The position numbers and the translations under genes are program-made. The notes below the pieces were generated by a model. It ran no database searches, was not told the origin of the DNA, and saw nothing but the letters and a program-made list of their open reading frames with translations. Source: an uncultured Candidatus Actinomarina sp. (lineage in GTDB: Bacteria > Actinomycetota > Acidimicrobiia > Actinomarinales > Actinomarinaceae). From it: a stretch of DNA of 64,000 nucleotides. Where the stretch lies: NCBI GenBank assembly GCA_902593795.1, contig CACJJR010000003.1:23626-87625 (forward strand), given 5' to 3'. Shown here in pieces: positions 8,013-16,949 of the stretch (the first letter of the stretch is position 1; the number at the start of each line of letters is the position of its first letter).

Positions 8013-9566
8013 GTGAATACACCGAAACCTCTTTTAATAGGCAACACTTTTATCTTATTGATATTTTTGATGCCAATATTCTATATGTTTTGGAGATTCG
8101 CTAATTTTTCGAAAAACCTATCTAGCTTTCTTTCTTCATGGGATGTAGGCACTTTATTATTTAATACACTTCTATTATTTTTTGCTGTAATTTTTACGAG
8201 TTTATTTCTTGGTTTGTTTATATCTATTCTTACTGTGAGATATGAAGTTCCTGGTTCAAAATTATTATTTTCACTTACAATTTTACCTTTGGTAATTCCC
8301 TCATATATTGGTGCTTTAACGTATGTTTCTGCATTTTCCCCTAAAGGCTTGTTTGTTAATTTATTTTCTAGATATGGGGTAAATGAAATTACAGGGATTG
8401 AAGGATTTATAGGCAGCTGGATAGTTTTGACTCTTTTCACTTATCCTTATGTTCAATTGATTTGTAGCAGTGCACTTAGAAATTTAGATTCAACAGTTGA
8501 AGATGCTGCAAGGTCTTTAGGGGTTAAAAAAATTAAAATGTATACAAAAGTAGTCATACCAAGGTTAAGAAAACCGATAATCTACTCTTCATTATTAGTT
8601 GGGCTTTATGTTATATCTGATTTTGGAGCAGTATCACTAATGAAATATGGAACAATGACAAAAGCAATTTATTCTTATTACGTTATAAACATAAATGGTG
8701 ATCCAGTAATTTTCTACTCAACAATTTTAATTTTATTAGCTTTAGTAATTAGCTTTGCTCAGCGGGGAACGGAATTAAGTAGATCTGCTAAAGTTTCTGG
8801 CACTCCGAGGGAAATTGCAAAAATTAAACTTTCTAAAAAAAATAAAATACTTGTTTTAACATTTTTTGGTATTGTCATTTTTTTTAGTTTACTTCTTCCG
8901 ATGGGCGTCTTGTCTTATTGGTTGATAAGAGGACTGGCTAATGGAAATTCAGTAAGCGGTACATTTTCCGGAGTTGTGGGGTCTTTAACTGCTGCTACAG
9001 TCACTTCTATTTTTGCAATGATCATAGCTACCCCTATAGTTGTGATGATTTCACAATATAGGTCAAAATTTGGTGATATATTTGAAAAAGTTACTCTAAC
9101 TTTATACGGCCTTCCTCACATAGCAGTTGGTATATCCATGCTATTCATAACAATTAAAATTTTCCCAGCAATTTATCAAACTTTCACAACTCTTATAATC
9201 TCATATTTAATTGTATTTTTACCACAAGCTGTAGGAGGAGGACAGGCTTCAATGGAACAAGTTAAGTTATCGTATATTGAAGCAAGTTCAGGTCTTGGTT
9301 TGTCAAAAATCGATACTTTTTTAAAAGTCACGTTCCCATTGATTTATAGAGGTTTATTTGCTGGTGCTGCCCTTGTTTTCTTATCAACAATGAAAGAGTT
9401 ACCCCAAACTCTTTTACTCAGGCCAACTGGATTTAGCACTATGGCAGTAGATATATGGTCCTATGCTTCAGAAGCTTTATTTACTCAGGCAGCATTTTCT
9501 GCATTTATTTTGTTAGCAATTAGCGCACTTCCTACATATATACTTAGTACAAGGAATCTAAACTAA
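8013..9566 (+). CDS. Fe(III) ABC transporter permease, fused two-domain type (FbpB/AfuB-like)
   Basis: 517 aa, about 12 TM segments, two internally duplicated MetI-like permease halves. GTG start per the ORF track. Confidence 0.85.
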   Translation: MNTPKPLLIGNTFILLIFLMPIFYMFWRFANFSKNLSSFLSSWDVGTLLFNTLLLFFAVIFTSLFLGLFISILTVRYEVPGSKLLFSLTILPLVIPSYIGALTYVSAFSPKGLFVNLFSRYGVNEITGIEGFIGSWIVLTLFTYPYVQLICSSALRNLDSTVEDAARSLGVKKIKMYTKVVIPRLRKPIIYSSLLVGLYVISDFGAVSLMKYGTMTKAIYSYYVININGDPVIFYSTILILLALVISFAQRGTELSRSAKVSGTPREIAKIKLSKKNKILVLTFFGIVIFFSLLLPMGVLSYWLIRGLANGNSVSGTFSGVVGSLTAATVTSIFAMIIATPIVVMISQYRSKFGDIFEKVTLTLYGLPHIAVGISMLFITIKIFPAIYQTFTTLIISYLIVFLPQAVGGGQASMEQVKLSYIEASSGLGLSKIDTFLKVTFPLIYRGLFAGAALVFLSTMKELPQTLLLRPTGFSTMAVDIWSYASEALFTQAAFSAFILLAISALPTYILSTRNLN

Positions 9567-10588
9567 TGGCATTTGAAAACTTAATCATAAGAGCAAGATC
9601 AGTAACTAAGTCTTATGGTTCTGAATTAGTGTTGTCAGATTTTAATTTAGATGTTTGGAATGGTTCTATTGTTGGAGTTTTAGGAACTTCAGGATCAGGC
9701 AAAACAACTGCATTGAGATTGCTTGCAGGATTTGATAAACCTGATTCTGGAATTATTGAGATGCGAAACAATATTATTGCTAGTGATGACACTTTCTTAC
9801 CTCCCGAGGAAAGAAACGTTGGAATGGTTTTTCAAGACTACGCTTTATTTCCACATTTGAATGTTGCAAAAAATATATCATTCGGACTTTCACAAGATGA
9901 AATTAAAAATGGAAGATTAGAAGAAGTTCTTTCTATGTGTAATTTAAATACTTACAGGAATAAATTTCCACAGGAATTATCTGGTGGACAACAACAAAGA
10001 GTTTCCCTTGCTAGAGCCTTAGCTCCTAAACCTGAAGTAATTCTTTTAGATGAACCTTTTACAAGCTTAGATGCACAGATGGCTAGAGATCTTAGAGAGG
10101 AAGTAGTTTCACTGTTAAGACAAACTGAAACTACTGCAATAATTGTTACCCACGATCAAGAAGAAGCCTTATCGGTTTGCGATGTAGTGAGTGTTCTAGA
10201 AAATGGAAGTGTAATCCAAAGTGCTACTCCTCAGGAAATTTATCTAAACCCAGTTAGTCAAAATGTTGCAAATTCTGTTGGAGATCCAAATATACTTAGA
10301 GGCTTCTCAGTAGATGGCAGAGTAGAGACATCTTTGGGTACTTTTGTTTCTGCATACAATGGAGCACTGGATGTTTCAATCCGACCAGAATGCATTGAAC
10401 TTTCAATAGACTCTGAAGGTAGTTATGTTGTTCAAGAGTGTACTTTTTATGGCCATGACCAAGTTATCTCATTTCAAAATAGTAAAGGTGAAGTTTTTAG
10501 AGCTAGATCACTTCCAAATACTATTTACGAAGCGGGCGATAAAGTAAATATTAAAATATCAGAAGTTACAACTTTTCCTTCAAATTGA
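9566..10588 (+). CDS. ABC transporter ATP-binding protein (FbpC/PotA-like, with C-terminal TOBE-like domain)
   Basis: Walker A GTSGSGKTT, signature LSGGQQQRV, Walker B ILLDEPFTSLD, and a C-terminal roughly 100-aa regulatory domain. Confidence 0.9.
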   Translation: MAFENLIIRARSVTKSYGSELVLSDFNLDVWNGSIVGVLGTSGSGKTTALRLLAGFDKPDSGIIEMRNNIIASDDTFLPPEERNVGMVFQDYALFPHLNVAKNISFGLSQDEIKNGRLEEVLSMCNLNTYRNKFPQELSGGQQQRVSLARALAPKPEVILLDEPFTSLDAQMARDLREEVVSLLRQTETTAIIVTHDQEEALSVCDVVSVLENGSVIQSATPQEIYLNPVSQNVANSVGDPNILRGFSVDGRVETSLGTFVSAYNGALDVSIRPECIELSIDSEGSYVVQECTFYGHDQVISFQNSKGEVFRARSLPNTIYEAGDKVNIKISEVTTFPSN

Positions 10589-10774
10589 GGATTTAATATA
10601 AGCAACTCTTCCTGCAAGAGACTGCAATTCAATCTCAATCTCAGATAATTTTCCACTTGCCCTTGAAAGTTCATTTTCAGATATATATTCTCGTGAATTC
10701 GCCAATGACTTTACTAATGTATCTAAGTCAAACATAAGTGATTCTATTTCTGAAAAAATTAATTGTTTATCCAC
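10580..10774 (-). CDS. Doubtful small ORF (64 aa, predicted coiled coil), divergent from the heliorhodopsin gene
   Basis: GTG start with no visible Shine-Dalgarno. It overlaps the 3' end of the ATPase gene by 9 nt. Listed only because it would share a divergent promoter with the heliorhodopsin gene. Confidence 0.25.
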   Translation of the reverse strand: MDKQLIFSEIESLMFDLDTLVKSLANSREYISENELSRASGKLSEIEIELQSLAGRVAYIKSSI

Positions 10775-10778
10775 GATT

Positions 10779-10804
10779 TAATTCTAATTTGAAAACTAGA
10801 ATTA
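10779..10804. promoter_or_regulatory. 8-bp inverted repeat TAATTCTA-N10-TAGAATTA upstream of the heliorhodopsin RBS
   Basis: Read directly. It lies about 17 nt upstream of the GGGGGAG Shine-Dalgarno (10821-10827). Confidence 0.2.
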
Positions 10805-10833
10805 GCTTAATATTTTATTTGGGGGAGATCATA

Positions 10834-11637
10834 TTGGAAACTAAAATTCAAAAACTTAAACGTTTCAACATAATAATGGGAACAGTTCATTTAATTCAAG
10901 GTGGATTATTGTTTTGGTTAGGTACTGTTGTTAATTCAGACTTTGTAGTACCACTTACCTTAACTCAGCTTGTCGGCGTAGGATCTCCTGAGGATCCCTC
11001 AAGTTTTGCATTAATTCCTGAGCTTGAAATTTGGACTGAGGTTACAAATTTTGGCCCGGCTGTTGCGACATTTTTGCTTGCATCTGCAGTTGCTCATTAT
11101 TTGATTTCGGGACCGTTTTATAACAAATACAAAGAAGACTTATCAAAGGGGATTAATAAAGTTAGATGGATTGAATATTCTATAAGTGCATCTGTAATGA
11201 TTGTATTAATTGCTCTCCTTGTAGGTATTTATGATGTTTGGGCTCTAGCTGGAATATTTTTTATGAATGCAGCAATGTGTTGGTTTGGCTGGATGATGGA
11301 GGTTCATAATCAATATACAGACAAAGTAGATTGGACGAGTTATATTATGGGGTGCTTAGTTGGTGTAGCGCCTTGGATATTTATTTTTGTAAATTTAATT
11401 GGTGATGGAGTTGCTACAGATTCAAACCCACAGGGAGTTCCACAATTTGTAGTTTGGATATTTGTAAGTATATTTTTATTCTTTAATACTTTTTCAATAA
11501 ATATGATTTTGCAATACAAGCAGGTTGGAAAGTGGAAAGATTATTTGTATGGAGAAAGAGCCTATATATGGCTTAGTCTTTTAGCCAAAACCTGTCTTGC
11601 GTGGCAAGTTTTCTTTGGTACCTATCAACCAAATTAA
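10834..11637 (+). CDS. Heliorhodopsin (retinal-binding 7-TM photoreceptor, inverted topology family)
   Basis: Colinear with heliorhodopsin 48C12 as I remember it:
- FNIIMGTVHLIQ (His in TM1).
- SAVAHYLIS (His in TM2).
- RWIEYSISASVMIVLIA (counterion Glu, codon 11173-11175).
- GERAYIWLSLLAKTCLAWQVFFGT (Schiff-base Lys, codon 11587-11589).

Preferred start is TTG 10834, 6 nt after GGGGGAG. The ORF-track start at 10738 adds a non-homologous 32-aa extension. Confidence 0.9.
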   Translation: METKIQKLKRFNIIMGTVHLIQGGLLFWLGTVVNSDFVVPLTLTQLVGVGSPEDPSSFALIPELEIWTEVTNFGPAVATFLLASAVAHYLISGPFYNKYKEDLSKGINKVRWIEYSISASVMIVLIALLVGIYDVWALAGIFFMNAAMCWFGWMMEVHNQYTDKVDWTSYIMGCLVGVAPWIFIFVNLIGDGVATDSNPQGVPQFVVWIFVSIFLFFNTFSINMILQYKQVGKWKDYLYGERAYIWLSLLAKTCLAWQVFFGTYQPN

Positions 11638-11734
11638 AAAAGATTACTTTAATTTTCTACCAAACAAAATAATTAAAACAAGAACTAGCAATAGTCCTAG
11701 GTATGAAAGTGCCATTTTGATTAGTATATGTTAA

Positions 11735-12823
11735 TTAAAAGTTTGGTATTTCAATAATTGGAATTTTTATTTCTTCCGTAGACATGCCACCATGGTATCC
11801 GGCAAGCTCTGTTTTTAAATGATGTGGATATATGATATTTTTATCTTCAACTAAAAAGCAATAATCTGGATATAAAGATTCAATGAAATCATTTTCTGGT
11901 ACTGGAAGCAAATGATTTAGTTCTGATCGATCAATTAACTGTCCTGGAACTTTTGAGAAGACTTCAATAATTTCTTTTTTGGAACCATTAATATACACAG
12001 ATCTTTGGTCTCCGTAAATGTTGACGTTTTCACTATAATCTATGTGGAATCTATTTTCTTTAGGTACATTTGTTAAGCCATGGTCAGCTGATATCACTGT
12101 ATAAGATTTCTTATTACTAAGTTCTGTAATTTTTTTAACTAGTTCTTCAAATATTTTTATCTCCCTTATCCATTCTTTAGAATTTACTCCAAATACATGC
12201 GCACTTACATCAATATTTGGATAATAAATAAAGTTATATTTATTTTCTAGAGATAGTGAATCTGATAAAGCATTTATTAAGTCTTCATGACTTATATATG
12301 GGACCGTAGATTTTTCTTCATAGAGAAAATTTGATAAAGGGGTATTAATTAAATTTTTAGGCTGGAAATTTGATGTATATATATTATTTTCTTTAAAGAT
12401 ACTCCATATTGATGACTGATTATTGAAATATTTAGATAATAGTAAATTTTTGTTTTCTGAGTTCCAGTTAAGTGCGTTGATTAAGCCGTATTTTAATTTG
12501 TCATACATATAGTAACTAAAGACACCATGATCGATCGGGTTTGCCTGCATTGCAATAGTGGTCAAAGCAACATTTGTTGATGATGGAAAAGTTGTATTAA
12601 CAACATTATTAATATGCTCATTTAAATAAGAATCTGTAGATTGTAAATTTGAAAACCCTAAACCATCAGCGAGTATAAAATTTATGGTTTCTGCATCTTC
12701 AATTTTTTTTGAAATTAATTCAAATCTAGTTTCTATTTTTAAATTCTCATCTACAACGGCATTGAAAATTTCTTTAGACAAATCTAGTATGTTCGGTTCT
12801 TCTAAAAAATATTTGTTTATCAC
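11735..12823 (-). CDS. Alkaline-phosphatase-superfamily protein (type I phosphodiesterase/nucleotide pyrophosphatase family)
   Basis: ILADGLGFSNL, FPSSTNVALTTIAMQANPIDHG, VISADHGL and GYHGGMSTEE are the metal/nucleophile motifs of this family. Confidence 0.75.
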   Translation of the reverse strand: MINKYFLEEPNILDLSKEIFNAVVDENLKIETRFELISKKIEDAETINFILADGLGFSNLQSTDSYLNEHINNVVNTTFPSSTNVALTTIAMQANPIDHGVFSYYMYDKLKYGLINALNWNSENKNLLLSKYFNNQSSIWSIFKENNIYTSNFQPKNLINTPLSNFLYEEKSTVPYISHEDLINALSDSLSLENKYNFIYYPNIDVSAHVFGVNSKEWIREIKIFEELVKKITELSNKKSYTVISADHGLTNVPKENRFHIDYSENVNIYGDQRSVYINGSKKEIIEVFSKVPGQLIDRSELNHLLPVPENDFIESLYPDYCFLVEDKNIIYPHHLKTELAGYHGGMSTEEIKIPIIEIPNF

Positions 12824-12903
12824 TTATGAAAATCTTACAAAAAAATTACAATGAAGTTTGAGAAAAAAGTAAACTTTTTAGAGGCTGGACTAAAGTATAA
12901 AGT

Positions 12904-13272
12904 ATGATTTCTTATTTTCAAGATTATGTGACCATAGGAGCCGTCCTAGGATTTGGCCTATTTCTTGTTGTGCTATTACTTGGAGTAGCTTCAGTTCTGA
13001 GACCTAACAAGCCTTATGCAGAAAAGCTTCAAACTTACGAATGTGGCGTAGACCCAGTAGGGACTGGATGGAGTCAAACATATGTAAGGTATTACATTTT
13101 TGGTTTGCTTTTTGTTATTTTTGATGTTGAAGCAGTCTTTATTTTTCCATGGGCAATTAATTTGGAGAAATTAGGTTATTTTGGATTAATCGAAATGTTT
13201 TTTTTCATATTCATTTTGCTAATTGGTCTTATATACGCGATAAGAAAGGATGTTCTGAAATGGGAGTCGTAG
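12904..13272 (+). CDS. nuoA: NADH-quinone oxidoreductase (NDH-1) subunit A
   Basis: 122 aa, 3 TM, YECG motif; first gene of the nuo cluster. Confidence 0.92.
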
Positions 13273-13757
13273 ATAAATTTGGTCTTCCAAAACCAATATC
13301 ATCAGTATTTAACTGGGCTAGATCATATTCTCTGTGGTACTTTCAATTCGGATTAGCATGCTGTGCTATTGAAGTTATGGCTGTAAGTGGACCGAGGCAT
13401 GATTTTATGAGATTAGGAGTAATTCCACTTCCTGCATCTCCACGACAGGCTGATTTTATGATTGTAGCTGGAACAGTAACTGACAAAATGGCTCCTTCAG
13501 TTAAAAGACTTTACGATCAAATGCCAGAACCTAAATATGTGATTTCTATGGGGTCATGTTCAAATAGTGGAGGTCCATATTGGGATTCCTATTCAGTAAC
13601 AAAAGGTGTAGATCAATTAATTCCTGTAGACGTATATGTTCCTGGTTGTCCTCCAAGACCTGAAGCACTACAGGAAGGGATAATACTTCTCCAAAAGAAA
13701 ATTCGTGGAGAAGACATGAAAGAAAAATGGTTAGAGGTTCAAACAGAGCCAATTTAA
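13260..13757 (+). CDS. nuoB: NDH-1 subunit B (N2 cluster subunit)
   Basis: [19 protein letters not shown] and VPGCPPRPE are the N2 [4Fe-4S] ligand motifs. Confidence 0.95.
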
Positions 13758-13758
13758 T

Positions 13759-14304
13759 ATGGAAGAATTTTTTAACAAAATAAAAGAAACCTTTACGGAT
13801 GCAACATTAGAGTTTGAAACAGTAACTATTAAAGTTGACTCAACTGAGTGGATTGAGACACACCAAAATCTTAGAGATCAATTTAATTTGAAATTTTTCT
13901 CCTGGCTATCTGCAATAGATTGGGACAATGAAGTATCTGTCGGAGAAGCACCTAAGGAGAGCGTTTCACCTAGTTTCGAAATAATTACATGCCTCTCAGA
14001 TTTAGCTAATACAAATTTAATTATTGTATCAACAAACATTGTTAAATCAGACCCAAAGATTAAATCTCTTGTGGAAATATACGCTGGAGCAAACTGGCAT
14101 GAGAGAGAAGCCTTCGAAATGTTTGGAATAAATTTTGAAAATCATCCAAACCTTGAAAAATTATATCTTCCTGACGGATACGAAGGAAATCCTATGCTTA
14201 AATCTTTTGAATTAATTAGCAGAGAAGTTAAGCCTTGGCCTGGTGAGGTTGATGTAGAGGGAATGCCAGAAGAATCAGAAAGTGATAAATCAGAAGATGG
14301 TTAA
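13759..14304 (+). CDS. nuoC: NDH-1 subunit C
   Basis: ANWHEREAFEMFGINFENHPNL is a NuoC/30-kDa subunit signature. Confidence 0.93.
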   Translation: MEEFFNKIKETFTDATLEFETVTIKVDSTEWIETHQNLRDQFNLKFFSWLSAIDWDNEVSVGEAPKESVSPSFEIITCLSDLANTNLIIVSTNIVKSDPKIKSLVEIYAGANWHEREAFEMFGINFENHPNLEKLYLPDGYEGNPMLKSFELISREVKPWPGEVDVEGMPEESESDKSEDG

Positions 14305-15493
14305 TGCATTAGATCCACAGAATATTAATAGTTTTTCAGAGGCATCTGTATCTGTAGAAATTGAAACTGAAGATATGACACTTAATATAGGTCCTCAACA
14401 TCCATCAACCCATGGTGTGCTAAGGTTGGTTGCAAAAGTAGACGGGGAAAAAGTTCATGATGTAAAACCCGTACTAGGGTACATGCATCGTGGCTATGAA
14501 AAACTGGCAGAAGTCAGAACTTATCCTCAAATTACAACACTTGTAAACCGAATAGATTGGGTTGCGGGGTTCTCTAACGAAATTCCATTTATTACTGGGG
14601 CTGAAAGATTGATGGAAATCGAAGTTCCCGAAAGAGCAAAACATATCAGACTAATACTTACTGAGATGGCTAGAATTTCTTCACATTTTGTATTTAATGG
14701 AGCGTATGCTCTTGAAGTTGGTGCATTAACTCCAATTTTTTATGCAATGGAAGATAGAGAAAGAGTTTTAGATTTGATTGAGTCAGTAACTGGCGGTCGC
14801 TTTCATCCAAACTTTAATCGTATCGGTGGAGTAAAACCAGCAGCCGGAGCAGGCCCTACTACAAAAAAAGATATTCAAGATTTACCTGCGGGATTTTATA
14901 GAGATACAAAAGTAGCAATGCAAAAAGTTATAGAGGCGGCTGATCAATTTCAAAATTTAATTGGTGGAAATGAAGTTTTTAAAAAAAGAACAAAAAATGT
15001 CGGTGTCTTAACTGCAGAGACCGCAGAAGCCTTTGGAGTATCGGGCCCAATACTTAGGGCTTCTGGAGTGAAGTCTGATTTAAGAACACAAACAGATTAT
15101 CTGCCATATGATCAATTTGAATATGATATTCCTGTTGGAGAGAATGGAGATTGTTATGATCGATGGGATGTCAGAGTTAAGGAAATGGTTGAATCAGCAA
15201 AAATAGTATTACAAGCAATTGACTCAATGCCTTCTGGCCCACTACAAGCAAAGGTACCCAAAGTTATAAAAGTTCCTAAAGGACGTACATATGTAAGAGC
15301 AGAAAATCCAAAAGGAGAAATGGGATACTACATAGTATCAGATGGTGGGCTAGGCCCATATAGGCTCAAAGTTCGAACAGCTTCATTTAGTAACATTTCT
15401 ATTTTACCTAATATGCTTGAAGGAGCTTTACTGCCAGACTTAATTGCCATTATGGGTAGCTTAGATTTCGTACTTGGAGATGTAGATAGATGA
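14282..15493 (+). CDS. nuoD: NDH-1 subunit D
   Basis: NIGPQHPSTHGVLRL, GYMHRGYEKL and the C-terminal DFVLGDVDR are 49-kDa subunit signatures. The start may be the internal ATG at 14297. Confidence 0.95.
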   Translation: MINQKMVNALDPQNINSFSEASVSVEIETEDMTLNIGPQHPSTHGVLRLVAKVDGEKVHDVKPVLGYMHRGYEKLAEVRTYPQITTLVNRIDWVAGFSNEIPFITGAERLMEIEVPERAKHIRLILTEMARISSHFVFNGAYALEVGALTPIFYAMEDRERVLDLIESVTGGRFHPNFNRIGGVKPAAGAGPTTKKDIQDLPAGFYRDTKVAMQKVIEAADQFQNLIGGNEVFKKRTKNVGVLTAETAEAFGVSGPILRASGVKSDLRTQTDYLPYDQFEYDIPVGENGDCYDRWDVRVKEMVESAKIVLQAIDSMPSGPLQAKVPKVIKVPKGRTYVRAENPKGEMGYYIVSDGGLGPYRLKVRTASFSNISILPNMLEGALLPDLIAIMGSLDFVLGDVDR

Positions 15494-16461
15494 CAGAAGT
15501 TTTAATCAAGGTTGGATTTCTTGCTGCTGTTGCATTAAATGGTGCAATTATTTTCACAATTATGGATGTAAAAGGTGCGTCATGGATGCAGCGAAGACCA
15601 GGCCCTTTACATGTAGGACTTAGAGGTTTCATATTTCCTTTGGCTGAAATACTTAAATTTGTTCAAAAAGAAGACATAATCCCAACTGAAGTTGATAGAC
15701 CAGTCTTTAAATGGGCACCTGCTTATGTTATGGTTTCATGCGTTGCACTCTTTGCTGTAGTTCCAATGAGCCCTACATTAGTTGTTGCAGATTTAGAATT
15801 GGGCGTTTTCTTTGCTCTTGCTATAAGTTCTTTAGGAACTATAGGTGTATTAACTGCAGGATGGTCATCAGCAAACAAATATTCTTTAATGGGAGGTTTA
15901 AGAGCTGCAGGACAGCTGATAGCGTATGAACTTCCACTTATACTTGCTGTCGTTGGAGTTGTTATTCAAGCCGAAACTATGTCATTGGTTGGAATTGTAG
16001 AAAAACAAATTGAATGGGGAGTACCTTTTGTAGTTGGTGGTCAAATAATTGGTTTCTTAATTTTTATGGTTGCAGCAACAGCTGAAATGATGAGAGTACC
16101 GTTTGATATGCCAATTGGTGAGTCAGAATTAACCATGGGTTTTATGACAGAATACTCTGGTATCAGATTTCTTATTTTTTACATTTCTGAATATATGAAT
16201 ATGTTTATTTTATGTGCAGTAGCTTCTACATTATTTCTTGGAGGTTACCATGTGCCACTTTTGCCAACTGAATGGGTAAATTTTTATGGACCTGTTGTTC
16301 TTTTAACAAAAACCGCTATTTTAGGTTTTATATTGGTTGCCATTAGATGGTCACAGCCAAGATTTAGAGAAGATCAATTGCAAAACCTTGCATGGAAGAT
16401 ACTTATACCTGCATCTTTGGTTAATATTCTTGTAACTGCAGTTATGAAAGTTGGATTCTAA
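15490..16461 (+). CDS. nuoH: NDH-1 subunit H
   Basis: The ATGA overlap with the nuoD stop leaves no room for nuoEFG. Polytopic, with the RPGP...G motif and EYSG/FL..EY segments typical of NuoH/ND1. Confidence 0.93.
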   Translation: MTEVLIKVGFLAAVALNGAIIFTIMDVKGASWMQRRPGPLHVGLRGFIFPLAEILKFVQKEDIIPTEVDRPVFKWAPAYVMVSCVALFAVVPMSPTLVVADLELGVFFALAISSLGTIGVLTAGWSSANKYSLMGGLRAAGQLIAYELPLILAVVGVVIQAETMSLVGIVEKQIEWGVPFVVGGQIIGFLIFMVAATAEMMRVPFDMPIGESELTMGFMTEYSGIRFLIFYISEYMNMFILCAVASTLFLGGYHVPLLPTEWVNFYGPVVLLTKTAILGFILVAIRWSQPRFREDQLQNLAWKILIPASLVNILVTAVMKVGF

Positions 16462-16946
16462 TGAAAACGTTTAGACCTAAAGTGCCAGGATTTCTAATTG
16501 GAATCAAGATAGTTATTGTTAATATGTTAAAAACTCTTTCTCCATTCCACTCAAAACCAAATGTGAATTACCCATTTGAAAAAGAAAAAGTTGCACCAAG
16601 AGCACGAGGAGTTATTGCCTTAGATCAAGAAGCATGCACCAGTTGTATGCTTTGTGCACGTCAATGCCCCGATTGGTGTATTTACATAGAAGGTCACAAA
16701 GAATTACAACCTCCATCAAAACCTGGGGGTAGACAAAGAAGTCGAGCTGTTTTAGATAGGTTCGACATTGATTATGCCTTATGTATGTATTGTGGAATTT
16801 GCGTAGAAGTCTGTCCTTTTGATGCTTTATTTTGGTCACCTGAATATGAGTACTCTGAATTTAATATGGGCGACATGTTACATGACAAAGAACGCTTAGA
16901 TGGTTGGTTGAAAACTGTTCCAGAGGCTGAAGGTTTAGAAAGCTAA
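16461..16946 (+). CDS. nuoI: NDH-1 subunit I (2x[4Fe-4S] ferredoxin)
   Basis: CTSCMLCARQCP and CMYCGICVEVCP. Confidence 0.95.
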   Translation: MKTFRPKVPGFLIGIKIVIVNMLKTLSPFHSKPNVNYPFEKEKVAPRARGVIALDQEACTSCMLCARQCPDWCIYIEGHKELQPPSKPGGRQRSRAVLDRFDIDYALCMYCGICVEVCPFDALFWSPEYEYSEFNMGDMLHDKERLDGWLKTVPEAEGLES

Positions 16947-16949
16947 AAA

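Noticed and set aside
8081-8440. 119-aa minus-strand ORF (also 1711-1932, 17132-17455, 19333-19578, 24388-24669, 28995-29300, 29845-30174, 31139-31447, 60904-61215, 62286-62570)
   Set aside because: All are fully nested antisense to well-supported genes. No independent signals were seen.
10738-10833. The ORF-track start of the heliorhodopsin ORF (299 aa)
   Set aside because: The extra 32 residues have no counterpart in heliorhodopsins. They lack an SD and overlap the minus-strand ORF. TTG 10834 with GGGGGAG upstream fits better.
10834-12823. Retinal biosynthesis genes (blh/crt) next to the heliorhodopsin gene
   Set aside because: The only neighbour is an alkaline-phosphatase-superfamily gene on the opposite strand. 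Nothing carotenoid-related is visible in the window.
12891-12903. A -10-like TAAAGT/TATAAA just upstream of the nuoA ATG, suggesting a leaderless nuo transcript
   Set aside because: TA-rich hexamers are ubiquitous at this composition, and the spacing is ambiguous. It cannot be supported without TSS data.
15711-15929. Cys-rich 72-aa plus-strand ORF
   Set aside because: It is an alternate frame within nuoH. The Cys richness derives from TGC/TGT in the shifted frame, and there is no independent start context.
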